Assembly (NCBI GenBank): GCA_951406725.2
Contig: OX597829.1
Span: forward strand, 51,708,001-51,772,000
Source: Octopus vulgaris
Lineage: Eukaryota
Length of the DNA stretch: 64,000 bases
Direction of reading: 5' to 3'
Below, piece after piece: positions 39,532-52,755 of the stretch (positions within the stretch are counted from its first letter, which is position 1; each line of letters opens with the position of its first letter). A model generated the notes under the pieces. That model did no database searches. It was given only the letters and a program-made list of their open reading frames with translations, and had not been told where the DNA came from. The position numbers and the translations under genes were made by a program.

Positions 39532-40539
39532 TTATCTTTGTGTTTGTTTCCTATCACCATTTCACAACCGATATTTGTTTATATTGCCTTAACCTAGCAG
39601 TTCGACAAAAGAGCCCAATAAAATAAATACCAGGCTTAAAAACAAGTACTTCAGTTGATTTGTTCAACTAAACCCTTCAGCACGGTGCCCCAGCATGACC
39701 GCAGTCTGATGACTAAAGCTGGTAAAAGATCTGCTGTATAATTGTTTCGCAATTTTACTTTTATTTCATAATTCACCATTATCTCTCTCTATCCTTATAA
39801 AAGCAAAGTTTGTTTGTTTTGTAGATTGACTGTTGAATACTCTAAATAAAATTGATAATATTTCAGGTTTTTTGTGTAATTTAAATTAATTTGACCATTC
39901 TGCAGATAACCGTGCACTTATTTTCTGAAAATGGAATGGTGGGGGCCAAGTTGGTAGTGTATTGACTCCTATTTCTAGCAATCCACATACTGTCTATTTC
40001 ACCGTAATGCTTTTTACAGAGTGAAAAAATACTCCGCCTATCACTAATTCCACCTCCAACTTTTTCTAACTTTATGCATTCCATTTATTCCTTTGAAGTT
40101 GCTGCCGGATCTCTGCTTTGTCTCTGTCTATATGTCTCTCTCTCTCTCTCTCACTATCTCCCTCTCTCTCACTATCCCCTCTCTCTCACTACCTCTCCTT
40201 TTTCTCTCTAGAGAAAAAATATGTGAGACAAATAGAAAGAGGGTTAGGGAGAAAAAACAAGAGGGGAGAAGAGATGGTAGTAAGTTGTGGTTGTGTTGGT
40301 TGTAGTGGAGGCAATATAGATTATGACGAATGAGAGGAAGAGTTGGAGATATATAGCTTAGAGGACAAGTGCTATAAAAGCAAAGAGACAGGCCCGGAAA
40401 GACTTGGAAAACGGAAGCTGAGAATTTTATCACACAGCCAAAAGGGTTGCTAGGTATCTGATTGAAGTTTCCAGTAGTGTAGGATACAGCTTAGTCACCT
40501 GTATATAATCAAGTTAATTAGGAAAGCACCGTCCCCGAT

Positions 40540-41330
40540 GACTGGTGTAGCAGTATTATAGTTAGCTGCTACAAGGGTAAAGGTGATGCCTTTTATGTAG
40601 AAACAACTACAGAGGTATCAAACTTCTGGACCAAGTCATGAAAGTTACTGAGAGGGTTATAGCTCAACTGATAAGAAATAGAATTAAACTAGATGAGATG
40701 CAGTTTGGTTTTGTGCCTGGGAAGAATAGCACAGATGCCATCTTCCTAGTGAGACAGCTGCAGGAAAAGTACTTGGCCAAAAGTAAGCCATTGTACTTAG
40801 CCTTCATCGACCTGGAGAAAGCTTTTGACAGAGTTCCCTGCTCTGTTACATGGTGGTCTCTAAGGAAGTTAGGAGTAGAGGAGTGGCTTGTTAGTGCTGT
40901 GCAAGCCATGTACAAGTGGTGCTGTCAGTAAGGTGAGAGTCGGCCATGAATGCAGTGATGAATTCAGCATTCAGGTAGGGGTTCACCAGGATTCAGTTCT
41001 CAGCCCACTCTTATTCATTATAGTCCTCCAGGCCACAACAGATGAATTCAAAACTGGATGCTCATCGGAAATGCTATATGCTGATGACCTTGCTCTTATT
41101 GCAAAATTTTTAGCAGAACTGGAGAAGAAATTCCAGGTATGGAAACAAAACCTGGTATCAAAGGGCCTTAAAGTTAACCTAGCAAAGGCCAAAGTTATTG
41201 TTAGTAAGAAAGAAGATAAAACTCTCGTTCTCTCAGGTAAATGGCCCTGTTCAATAAGTAGTTGGAAGAAATTCCAATCGCTTTACCTAGTGTAAATTAT
41301 GGACACATAAGAGAATGAATGGAATCACAG
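40540..41330 (+). mobile_element. RTE LINE reverse transcriptase core fragment
   Basis: NYRGIKLL, QFGFVPG, FIDLEKAFDRVP, GVHQDSVLSPLLF, LYADDL; frameshifted. Confidence 0.92.
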
Positions 41331-42047
41331 GGAAAAATGTACATTGAAATTTGAATTGTGAGAAGCGCCAGCGAGTTATTCCAATTTTGAGTGTTTTGGG
41401 ACAAAGGTTAGAATATTTCTGTCAAAATTCGCTGCCTTTGTTTCAATTAATTTTTAAAACAAATTCTTTTATTCTTTTACTTGTTTCAGTCATTTGACTG
41501 CAGCCATGCTGGAGCACCGCCTTTAGTCGAACAAATTGACCCCAAGACTTATTCTTTGTAAGCCTAGTACTTATTCTGTCGGTCTCTTTTGCTGAGCCGC
41601 TAAGTTATGGGTACATAAACACACCAACATCTCCCCCTCTCCTATACTCCATTATTGACCCCTCCCTTGTCTGCTATCATTCTCAGTGCCCTTTTATATC
41701 TACCTGCAAGCCCTGCTTACTATAGCCCCATGTGTACCTCTATATCCCCCTCCCTGCTGCTCCTACACTTTGCACATCTTTCTGCTACTTTCTACTCTAT
41801 TCCCCTTCTTGAACCATTCCTATTTCCGTCATCTTACCCCTCTCCATTCCATTCATTTCCATCTCCAATTCTAACCGTCTCTTGCTCCCCTTACACACTC
41901 TTATGAAACTTCAGAAGTGCAAAATTTTTTTCCATTACCTAACTTGGAATGAGATATTGATGGGTGTTTTTGTTCTTTTTTTGTTTAATAAAAAATTTTT
42001 GTAGAGTAAAATTTTCATTGTAACTTTTTTTAAAATTTTGTTTTCAG

Positions 42048-42120
42048 ACTGAGTATGCAGTTCAGATGTCTTGTAAGAGTTGTGTAAATGCTGTTAAAAA
42101 GACTTTGGAAGGAGTTGATG
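42048..42120 (+). CDS. CCS: CCS exon 2, Atx1-like domain I with MXCXXC
   Basis: ttttcag|TEYAVQMSCKSCVNAVKKTLEGVD|gtaata; 73 bp. Confidence 0.95.
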
Positions 42121-44686
42121 GTAATATCTTAAATTTATTTAACCATTTAGCATATCAGGCCAAAATAGTCTCCCTGTTTTATGTTCAAACTGACTAGATC
42201 CAGTCTCTCACACCTACCCTACAATGCCATTCGGAAAATGAACAGTTATATCATTGAAGTTGCAAAGTTACAAGATAATGCATGATTAATTCAAAACAAT
42301 GTAAATAAACAGACTTGGCTATACAGGTGCAGACATGGCTGTGTGGTAAGAAGCTTGCTTCCCAACCACATGGTTCTAGGTTCAGTCCCTCTGCGTGGCA
42401 CCTTGGGTAAGTGCCTTCTACTATAGCCTCAGGCTGACCAAAGCCTTGTGAGTGGATTTGGTAGATGGAAACTGGAAGAAACCTGTTGCATATAAATATA
42501 TTGGCGATATGAACTTCTAGAGAGGACCCACCCATGTCAGCGAAACTGAGTTCTGGAAGCACTGTATGTCCCATCCACACTTAACGAGAAAACGTCTCAC
42601 ACACTCCACCTCGACAAACCAAACTACATCTCTACATCTCTTTTCTTCCTCACATTTCCACTTCATGCAATATGCTTACCTCCAATTTCCCAATCCTGTC
42701 TTCTTAGGCCTCTGTCACTGTATCATTGCTATCTGCTAGCCCCCAACCTGTTTGTTCCACCCACATGCCCTGACTCACTGTATTATTGTGATTTGCTAAC
42801 CCCTGACCTGTGTGCTCCACCCACACGTAACAAGAAAAATTTTCACTCACCCTCCCCCAACAAACCAATCTACATCTCCACATCTCTTCTCTTTCTCACA
42901 TTTCCTCCATTATACATTATGCCTGGCTCTTACTCCCCAATCCTGTCCTCAAGGGCCTGTTCCTCTGTTTCATTGCTATCCAATAGACCCCAACTATATA
43001 TACCCAGGTTTTCACCACTCACTCCCCCGCCTCTGTACTCTTTAATCAAACTTCCTTTGCAATATTTTATCACTTATATTATGGTGTTCAAACCTCAAGG
43101 GTACACCCTGGCACTTGCCACCATCTATATTTCTCTCTTCCTTTGCTCAACCATCCCATTTATACTCTGATCTCCATCCCTTGTGAGTATGCCTGGCATT
43201 TTGCCACCATCTCTATCCTGCTGTCTCCCACTCTCTCTTTCCTTCTCCTGCACTTCCCTCAGGCTGGGTAACTATGTAGTTCCTTTGCAGTGGCACACCT
43301 GTTTCCGTCTTCATTCCTGATCTCTCTCTCTCTCTCTCCCTGTCTCTCTCCTTCCCTCCGAGCAACCGTGTACTTCCTCTACAGCAAAACATTTGTTTCT
43401 GTCTCACTATAACCTTTCATCATCCAACACAAGATCACCTCCTCCAATGCTCCTTCCCCTCTTGAAAGGTTTTTTTTTGTTTTTTTGTCTTGCAAAAACT
43501 TGGTGATCCTCTCAGTGCAGGTGTCACTTCAAAGCACCCAGCACACACTGTAAAATGGTTGGTGTTTGGAAGGGCATCCAGTTGTAAAAACCTTGCCAAA
43601 ACTGACCTTGCTTTTGCTTGTGCTACATAAAAAGCCCTAAGTCCACTCTGCTGAGTGGTTGGTGTTAGGAAGGGCATCCAGCTGTAAAAACCCTACCAAA
43701 ACAGTCACAGAAGTCTGGTGCAGGCTTCTGCCTGACTGGCTCTTGTGAAACCATCCCACCCATGCCAGCATGGATGGCAGACATTAAACGATAATGATGA
43801 TGATAACACATATATATGTATATATTTGTGTGTGTCTGTGTTTGTCTCCTGCCCAATCGCTTGACAACCAATGCTGGTATGTTTATGTCCCTGTAAATTA
43901 GTGGTTCTGCAAAAAAGAATAATAGAATAAGTACTAGGGTTACAAAGAATACGTCTTGGGGTCAATTTCTTTGACTAACACCCCTTAAGGTGTTGCTCCA
44001 GCATGGCTGCAGTCTGAAACAAATAAAAGAATGGCTGAAACAAGTAAAAGAATAAAAGAATTACCTTTCATAGAGTAATCTGAATGCTAAAGAGTTAAAA
44101 CCTCATGTCATGGTTTTCATAATTCCACTGTAGTTTAGGATCATATTGAAGAATTCTAATATGGCAAAATAAAATTAGACTGTTGTTGTTTAGCCCCAGT
44201 TTTGCTCTGATTGAGCAGAAAAATGTTTTACCAAAGGTTCTTCAGTTTTGACTATCTCATCTTACTTTTAAACTACAATGTTCCATGATCCACATTTCTC
44301 CAAGATGGTAAGGTGGAATTTGAGGTTTGATTCAGCTAATTTTTTTACTAGCTTAACTCTTTAGCATTTAAACTGGCCACATCCAGTCTTCTAGTTTTAT
44401 GCTCAAACCAGCCCTATTAGGCCACTCGCACCTACTCTACAATGTCTTTCTACAAATAAGCAATCACATTATATAAATCTTGAAGTTACAAGATAATACA
44501 TGTTTTATTCAAAACAATGTGAATAAAATAAACATTTCATTTGACAGAATAATCTGAATGGTTAAGTAACATTCCAGTGTCTCCCATGTTAAGATGTTGA
44601 GTCCGAATATACTTAGAAATTGAACTAATTTCTTTCGTTGTTCCATGTATTTATTCTTCATTTTAATTTTCATTAATTTTCCTAAG

Positions 44687-44824
44687 GCATCAGCTCTTTT
44701 GATATAAACCTGGAGGAACAGCGTGTTGTGGTTAAATCTGTTCTACTGAGTTCTCAAATTAAAGAACTGCTTGAAAAATCTGGAAAAAAAGTAGCATTAC
44801 AGGGCTATGGATCAGAACTTACTG
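44687..44824 (+). CDS. CCS: CCS exon 3, remainder of domain I
   Basis: cctaag|GISSFDINLEEQRVVVKSVLLSSQIKELLEKSGKKVALQGYGSELT|gtaaat; phase 1-1. Confidence 0.93.
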
Positions 44825-45769
44825 GTAAATATATATCTATTTTCTTTGACTTTTCTGAACTAGTTCTTATTTCTTTAAGCGCCTCTTAATCAGTCTTAAA
44901 GTAAATTTTTTTTTTTGTTCATCAATAATAATTAGAAGCAATGTTTCTAACTATTTATTTTCAATTCTCTCATATCCAATTTATTTTTACTTCAAATAAT
45001 ATTTAGTAAAGGATTTTAAAACATATCTTTAACACATTAATGTCACATATACCACCAGTGGTTCATTGCAAACTCCACACAGCATCCATATGTACCACCA
45101 GGGTTATATTTTCATAATTTGAGAAAATATTTTCTGTATCTTTAACCTGGTTTCAAGGATATTTAAAATAATATGAGTGCTAAATATTAAAGTTTAATTA
45201 TTAAATATTGTGATAATGCCAAAAAATTACATTTCCTTGTAATCAAACTATATGCAGTGTGACTAGAAATACGTGGCATCACCAATAAGTTCCAATAACA
45301 GACTGTGGAAGTTAACATGTTAAAATCCTTTTGTGACCATATTTCTAATAAAATATGATATACTGTCCTTGTTTCAGTTTTGAAAATAATCAGTATTTCA
45401 ATAAGATAACAACCTTTGTCATCAAGCAGGTGTTCAGAACATATTTTAATACAGATGTTCTCATATGAGATTTTGATGGAAATTTTGAATTTAGACACAA
45501 ACATATCAGTTAAAGAAGTGTGGTAGTCCGAAGGTGTGTTGGTGTGTTGTTTCCACCAATACTCCTACTTCTGTTTTTATCATACTAAATTGACTGTTGG
45601 TTGACCCATTTCTACACAATTTCAAAATATTTCCTTCTTTTTTTTTCTATAAACATAATATGCTCTCAGTTAAACATATGACATTTATTTTATAAACAAC
45701 ATCCAAGTTTATGCTTAAAATGTTTTGTTTCTCTTCATTAATGTCAGTCAGTGTTAGCTTTAGTGAATC

Positions 45770-46290
45770 ACACAGACACACACATCACTCATCACACACA
45801 TACTCTCTCATCACGCCCACACTCTCTCATCACGCACACACTCATCACGCACACACTCTCATCACACACACACACACTCTCTCATCACGCGCACACACAC
45901 ACACACACACTCTCTCTCTCTCATCATGCACACACTCATCACACACACACTCTCTCTCATCATGCACACACACACACTCTCAGTCATCACACACACACAC
46001 ACACTCTCTCTCATCATGCACACACACACACACACTCTCTCTCTCATTACACCCACACACTCTTATCACACACTCATCATGCACACACACACATACACTC
46101 TCATGCATACACTCATCACACACACACACACTCTCTCTTCATCACGCACACTCCCACACACACACACTCCCACACACACAAACTCTCTCACACACACACT
46201 CTCTCACCACACTCCCACACACACACACTCCCACACACACAAACTCTCTCACACACACACTCTCTCACCCACCCACGCACACACACACTT
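45770..46290. repeat. Complex (CA)/(CT)/(CAT) microsatellite
   Basis: direct inspection; gives rise to spurious His/Thr-rich ORFs. Confidence 0.95.
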
Positions 46291-47312
46291 TTGTACACAT
46301 TCTCATGCGTAAAAAGCAGATGCATTAGAAAACGAGCACCAATCAGTGTTATGCTACGTTGCACCCTGTTCACACATCAAGTGGTTGGTAATAAGAAAAG
46401 CACCCAGCTAGTGAAACCATTCACCCCAAAATGAAGGCATTTAGTTGGAAGAGATGGAGGTTCTGTAAGCTACAGTAAAAACTGTCCAATGAGGAGAGCA
46501 AGTAGTAACTCTCTAATAAAACTGATACAGAGTACAGGAGGCTTTTTGGGTTTGTTGCAGATTTCTCTAGTGGTGCTGGCAATGAAAAAAATTGCCAAAC
46601 TATAGCTGATGATTGGTAAGGCATCAAGCCCTTAAACCATATTCTGGCAGAAACATTAGCACGCCGGGCAAAATGCTTAGCGGTATTTCGTCTGTCGTTA
46701 CTTTCTGAGTTCAAATTCCGCCGAGGTCGACTTTGCCTTTCATCCTTTCAGGTAGATAAATAAAGTACCAGTTTTGCACTGGGGTCGATGTAATCGACTT
46801 AATCCCTTTGTCTGTCCTTGTTTGTTCCCTCTCTGTTTAGCCCCTTGTGAGTAGTAAAGAAATACATATTCTTAAGAAACCTGGCATGCTAAATAACAAT
46901 GGTTTGGTGAGATTTTTTTTCCTGTTACTATGAGTGCTAGATAATCAAGTGTCCAGTGGTAACATAATACATTCACAGAAAAATAGGCATGAAATGTCCA
47001 TGATGATGATGATACAACAGTTTTACAGTATTATTTTCATGACGAAATTGATAAACTCTTAGATGTGTTTTACCTTGCTTGGAGGCCTGGCATTGTGGGA
47101 TGGAGCTGGTGATAGGAAAGACATCTGGGTAGAAAATGTCTACCTTAACTCATGTAAGCATGAAGTGTGAATGTTACAATGATGATAATGATAATCATGA
47201 AGTTCTTACCTTCTTTAATAATTCAATAAAATTTTAACATGTTAGGATGGATACTAATTCATGTAAATATCTTATACAAGCTATGTCTTGAATGGAATAA
47301 TATAATAAAACA

Positions 47313-47712
47313 AGGCGGTGAGCTGGCAGAAACGTTAGCACGCCGAGCAAAATGCTTAGCAGTATTTCGTCTGCCATTACATTCTGAGTTCAAATTCCAC
47401 CGAGGTTGACTTTACCATTCATCCTTTCAGGGTTGATAAATTAAGTACCAGTTACGCACTGGGGTCGATGTAATTGACTTAATCCATTTGTCTGTCCTTC
47501 TTTGTCCCCTCTGTATTTAGCCCCTTGTGGGTAGTAAAGAAATAGGTATTTCATCTGTCTTTATGTTCTGAGTTCAAATTGCACCGAGGTCAACTTTGCC
47601 TTTCATCCTTTTGGGGTCGATAAATTAAGTACCAGTTGCGTACTGGGGTCAATCTAATTAACTGGGCTCTTCCCCAAAAGTTTTGGGCCTTGTGCCTAGA
47701 GTAGAAAAGAAT
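47313..47712 (+). mobile_element. SINE family B with a Nin/Deu-like domain; other copies ~32745-32970(-), 36345-36980 cluster, 46645-46865, 50505-50750, 51900-52050, 63535-63752(-)
   Basis: gagttcaaattcc B box followed by gcctttcatcctttcggggtcgataaa...agtaccag. Confidence 0.85.
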
Positions 47713-48056
47713 ATAGTAAAACAAGAATAACAAACCAATATGTATAATTAGCTTTCATTTAAAATTACTGGGTTGGGTGGGTGTATGTTTTTATATACCA
47801 TTGATGCAGGTGTGGCTGCATGGTTAAGAAGCTTGCATGGCACCTTGGGCAAGTGTCTTCTATTGTAACTTTGGGCTGACAAAAACCTTGGGAGTGGCTT
47901 CGGACATTAAATGATGATGGCAAGATAATATTATTTATTTAGTGTTTATTCTGCAAACTCATTATTTATAATATAAAACTGAATTTGTCTTTTATTGTTT
48001 GAATGAGCTGGTTTCACATTTACCAAATTTAAGAAGCTTCTTTGATATTAACGCAG

Positions 48057-48240
48057 GGAAAAATTTGGGTGCTGCTGTAGCTGCAATTGATATGGGTAAA
48101 AGTATGGTTCAAGGAGTTATTAGATTGGTACAGGCTTCACCAAAAACGTGTGTCATCGAAGGAACACTTGATGGCTTGAAACCTGGAGTGCACCGACTGA
48201 GCATACATGAATATGGTGATATCTCAAATGGTTGTAATAG
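48057..48240 (+). CDS. CCS: CCS exon 4, SOD-like domain II
   Basis: acgcag|GKNLGAAVAAIDMGKSMVQGVIRLVQASPKTCVIEGTLDGLKPGVHRLSIHEYGDISNGCN|gtgagt; overlaps ORF 47999..48244. Confidence 0.95.
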
Positions 48241-49776
48241 GTGAGTGTTATTGGGATTAAAACATCCCATAAACTAACGATTCTGTTTTTTACAAATACT
48301 TTTAAATTAGAATATATTCAAGTGAATTAATAGGGCCAGCTTGTAGATTTAAGAGCAATATTTTCAGATTTCTTAACCTTTTAGAAATTAAGTCTCCTGG
48401 TGTATTCTTTTTTTTTTTTTTTGGTACTGAATATGGAGCCATTTTTGGGCTGACAAAACCTTGGGAGTGGATGTGGACATTAAATGATGATGGCAAGATA
48501 ATATTATTTATTAAGTGTGGTTGAGAAGCTTGCTTTCCAGCCAAGTGATCTCGGGTTCAGTCCTAGTCCATGTCAACCAAAGAGCTTTGTGAGTGGATTT
48601 GGTAGACAGAAAATGAAACAAGCCTATTGTATAAGTATGCATTTGTGTGAGTAATTTTGGAGGTGTGTAAACATAATGGTTAGGGTATTCAGCTCATGGT
48701 TGTAAGGTCAGGAACTTGTTTTGTGGTGGCACATTATGTCTTTGGGTAAGACAGTTTATTTCACGTTGCTCCAGTCCAATCAGCTGGCAAAAACAAGTAG
48801 AACCTGTATTTCAAAGGGACAGCCTTGTCATACTCTGAGTCTTCCTAAGGATTACATTAAGGGTATACATGTCTGTGGAGTACTCAACCACTTGCACATC
48901 AATTTCACGAGTAGGCTATTCTGTTGATTGGATCAACTGGAGCGTTTGTTGTCACAACTGATGGGGTGCCAGGGGTATCTGGCTCATTATCATAAGGTCA
49001 TGGGTTTGATATCCAGCAGTTCATTATGTCCTTGAGCAATACACTTTATTTTACATTGCTCCAGTCCACTCAGCTAGCAAAAACAAGTTGTACCTGTAAT
49101 TCAAAGGGACTGGCCTTGTCACATTCTGTGTCATGCTGAATCTCCCCAAGAACTACGTTAAGGATACACGTGTCTGTGGAGTGCTCAGCCACTTGCATGT
49201 TAATTTCACGAGCAAGCTGTTCTGTTGATCGGATCAGCTGGAACATGTATTATTGCAATTGACAAAGTACCAGAGTGTGGTGAGTAATTTCATGTTTCTC
49301 TGCATGTTTTTCACTCACTGGTTTATAAACAATGGCTTCACTAACAATGTCATTTGCTTTTAGTCCACCTCAAAAGCATGTTCCAGCTTCTTGACATCTT
49401 TTGATATGTTCCACAAATCTTTATAAACAAAACACATTTTGTTGTCGTATGTTGTCTGTTCTTCATGTAAACATGTCCAAGCTGGTTGTTCTTCATTAGA
49501 CTTGAAAATGTGTTGCTTCACTTGGAAACCAGTGGGAATTGTTGACAGGAAACATATCCAGTCACATTCTGGGGTTTAATCTAAATGTATAAAGTTAGTC
49601 AAATTTAGTACAAAAGATCTTTGTTGAAGAATTTTCTTTCTTGCTTTACATAACGGTGTGATAGAATACACAAGCAAAATGTTATTCAAAGTTAAAATCC
49701 TTACAGAGTATTAAAGGAATTGATGTATTTTCTAATTTCACATTTAAAAACACAAAATTATTTTTTGTTATTTTAG

Positions 49777-49819
49777 TTGTGGAGATATTTATGGTCTAAA
49801 GCAAAAGTTTGATAAAGAT
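49777..49819 (+). CDS. CCS: CCS exon 5 (shortened Zn-loop region)
   Basis: ttttag|SCGDIYGLKQKFDKD|gtaagt; phase 2-0 bridges exons 4 and 6 and completes GCNSCG. Confidence 0.85.
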
Positions 49820-51348
49820 GTAAGTTTTATTGAATAATTTTCTTTATTCTTTCATGAATGAAAAGTATTCTACACAATAAAAGTATGGTTGAATGTTGTG
49901 TACTTCTGTAAGTTTTAGTAGACAGTCTCATTTACCAAAGAATGCAACCTTCCTGTTTCTGCCAACTCACAACCTATTACTTTCCATTCCAAAATTCTCA
50001 AGAATGATGGAGTCATTAACGACCACCATAAATATATCTTTTCTTTTGCATTTATTGTCACCTAGCAACCACCTTTACCGTTTCCATGCAAACAGATCCA
50101 CTAAAAGCCCTTTCCTACAATCCATATTAGTTGTCTCTCAAAGTTAAAAACTTCAGTAGAAGCAATATTGTTGCTCTTAACTTGCATAAATCTTCCAATC
50201 TTTGGTCTGCCATGAAAGCTTCTTGGAAAATTTCTTTTCTCGTGAATTCTGTCTCTGATCTCTTGAACCTGAAGTTTCCTGTCAGACTAATCCTTCTTAG
50301 TATCTACAGACTGTGTCTAACCCACGACCTATCAACCTTGGTCGGCCTTAAGATTACATCTTCCTCATGCTGTACTTGCTGTATCAATCCATGCCTGCTG
50401 TTCTGGCCACACATACACACTCATACACATATGATATCACTTCCATAGATTGGCCGAGTCGTTAGAACATTAAACAAAATACAATATTTATTCTGGCGCC
50501 TTAATGTGGCAAGCTGGCAGAATTGCTAGCATACCAAGCAAAATGCTTAGTGACATTTTGTCTGTCTTTTCATTCTGAGTTCAAATTCTGACAAGGCTGA
50601 CTTTAGCTTTCATCTTTGTGGGGTCAATAAAATAAGTAGCAGTTGATTACTGAGGTCAATGCAATTTGGGGGGAGGGGACTAGGCGATTACACTGACCCC
50701 AGTGCTTGACTCTGAAATTGTTGGCCTTGTGCCAAAATTTGAAACCAGTATTTATTCTCGCACCTTGCGTTCTAGGTTCAAGTCTGGTTGAGCTCCACTT
50801 TACCTTTCATTCTCCCAGGGTCAATAAAGCACTAGTTTAGGGTGGCAAACTCACAGAAGTATTTATGTTAGGCAGGTGGCTTTCTGGTACTTGTTTAAAC
50901 TGTTTGCATTCTGAGTTCATGTCATGTAGCTTTTGTGAGTGGTAGATTTTATTTTGTAATGGTTCATGGCTTAGTGCTTAGGGTACTTGGCTCATGATTG
51001 CAAGGCCACGAGTTCAATTCTCTGCAGTATGTTGTGTCCTTGAGCAAGACACTTTATTTCACCTTGCTCCAGTCCATTCAGCTGGCAGAAATGAGTAATC
51101 CTATGATGGCAAAAGGCCAGCTGTGTCACATTCTGTGTCGTGCTGAATCTTCCTGTGAAAAACGTTAAGAGTACACATGTCTGTGGAGTACTCAGCCATT
51201 TGCACATTGATTTCACAAGCAGGCTGTTCTGTTGATTGGATCATCTGGATCCCTCACCATCGTAACCAACAGAGTGCCAGACTTAATCTTCCATCCTGTT
51301 TAACACCACTGCCACCTGGCACCTAGTTCATCATTACATTACTGTAAG

Positions 51349-51682
51349 CATGGCTCAGTGGTTAGAGCGTCGAGCTTACGATCGTGAGGTTGTGAGCTCG
51401 AATCCCGGACCGGGCTGCGTGTTGTGTTCTTGAGCAAGGCACTTTATTTCACGTTGCTCCAGTTCACTCAGCTGTAGAAATGAGTTGCGACGTCACTGGT
51501 GCCAAGCTGTATCGACCTTTGTCTTTCCCTTGGATAACACTGGTGGCGTGGAGAGGGGAGGCTGGTATGCATGGGTGACTGCTGGTCTTCCATAAACAAC
51601 CTTGCCCGGACTTGTGTCTAGGAGGGTAACTTTCTAGGTGCAATACCATGGTCATTCATGACCGAAGGGGGTCTTTACCCTT
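51349..51682 (+). mobile_element. SINE family C; related copies ~1905-2215(-), 33348-33650, 48665-49275 (two), 50964-51280
   Basis: tggctcagtggttagagcg...tcgaatccc tRNA head followed by gtgttcttgagcaaggcacttt...ctccagttcactcagctg. Confidence 0.85.
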
Positions 51683-52600
51683 ACTGTAATAAAAGTGTAG
51701 GTAGAATTCAAAAGCAAAATTTTGGTTCATTAAGAAAAGTCTCCTCCAAGGAAGCAGTCTTGATGGTAATAAGGATGTTTGAAGCTCAATAAATAGTTTT
51801 TCTACACATATAATATTCAAATATCAGTTTTTGTTTTAGTAGTTGTTCCTATTTAGTTTATTAAATAGATAAACATTTTATAAATTTTGTAGTTGCAGCA
51901 CTATACATTCTGAGTTCAAATTCCACTCTGAGGACAGCTTTGCTTTTCGTCCTTTCTGGGTTGATAAAATAAGTACCAGTCAAGCACTGGGGTCAGTGTA
52001 ATCAACTGGTCCCCTCCCCCCAAATTGCAGGTTTTGTGCCTATATTAGAAAGGATAAATTTTCTAGTTGCAGGCGTGACTGTATGGTTAAGAGGTTCACC
52101 TCCCAATCACATAGTTTTGGGTTCAATCCCACTGTGTGGCGCCTTGAGCAAGTGCCCTCTATTATAGCCCCAGTCTGACCGTAGCCTTGTGTGTACATTT
52201 TCTAGATGGAAACTAAAAGAAGCCTATCATATGAGTGAGTGTGTGTTTGTGTCTCCTTGTCTTGAGATTGTATGATTGTTATAAAAGAACCTTACTGTCA
52301 TACAAGCAATGTCATTCATTTCCAATATTCTGGCAGGAACATGTCTGGCCATGGAGAAATATTACCTTACATGGAAACAGGTGAGGGTTGGCGACAGGAA
52401 GGGCATCTGATTATAGAAAATCTGTCACAGTAAACTCTATCTGATCCATGCAAAAATGGAATACTGGACATAAATGGTGATGATGATGTTGATGGTGATG
52501 CCTAAAATTCTAGTTTTTTTTTTAAATGTATTATCATTAAATGTGTTAATTATGCATTCATTCACTCAGAATTCACACTGATGTATTTTATTTGTTATAG

Positions 52601-52755
52601 GCTCCTGGCAATCTTGATGTTATAAAAGCTGGAGAGACTGGAAGGAGTGACTTCAGGCTGGTCAAAGATAATCTTATCATTTCAGAGATTATTGGTCGTT
52701 CCATGGTAATTCATGAAGGAAATGATATATCATTTACAGGCAATCCAAGTGATAG
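52601..52755 (+). CDS. CCS: CCS exon 6
   Basis: ttatag|APGNLDVIKAGETGRSDFRLVKDNLIISEIIGRSMVIHEGNDISFTGNPSD|gtaaat. Confidence 0.93.

Noticed and set aside
45711-46434. His-rich 205/227-aa ORFs inside a copper-chaperone gene as metal-binding proteins
   Set aside because: They are translations of a (CA)n-type microsatellite in CCS intron 3
51349-51412. tRNA gene
   Set aside because: The tRNA-like head runs into a SINE body present in several copies
52610-52612. A-to-I editing of AAT to GAT could restore the D83-equivalent Zn ligand
   Set aside because: The other three Zn ligands cannot be restored by editing and there is no RNA evidence
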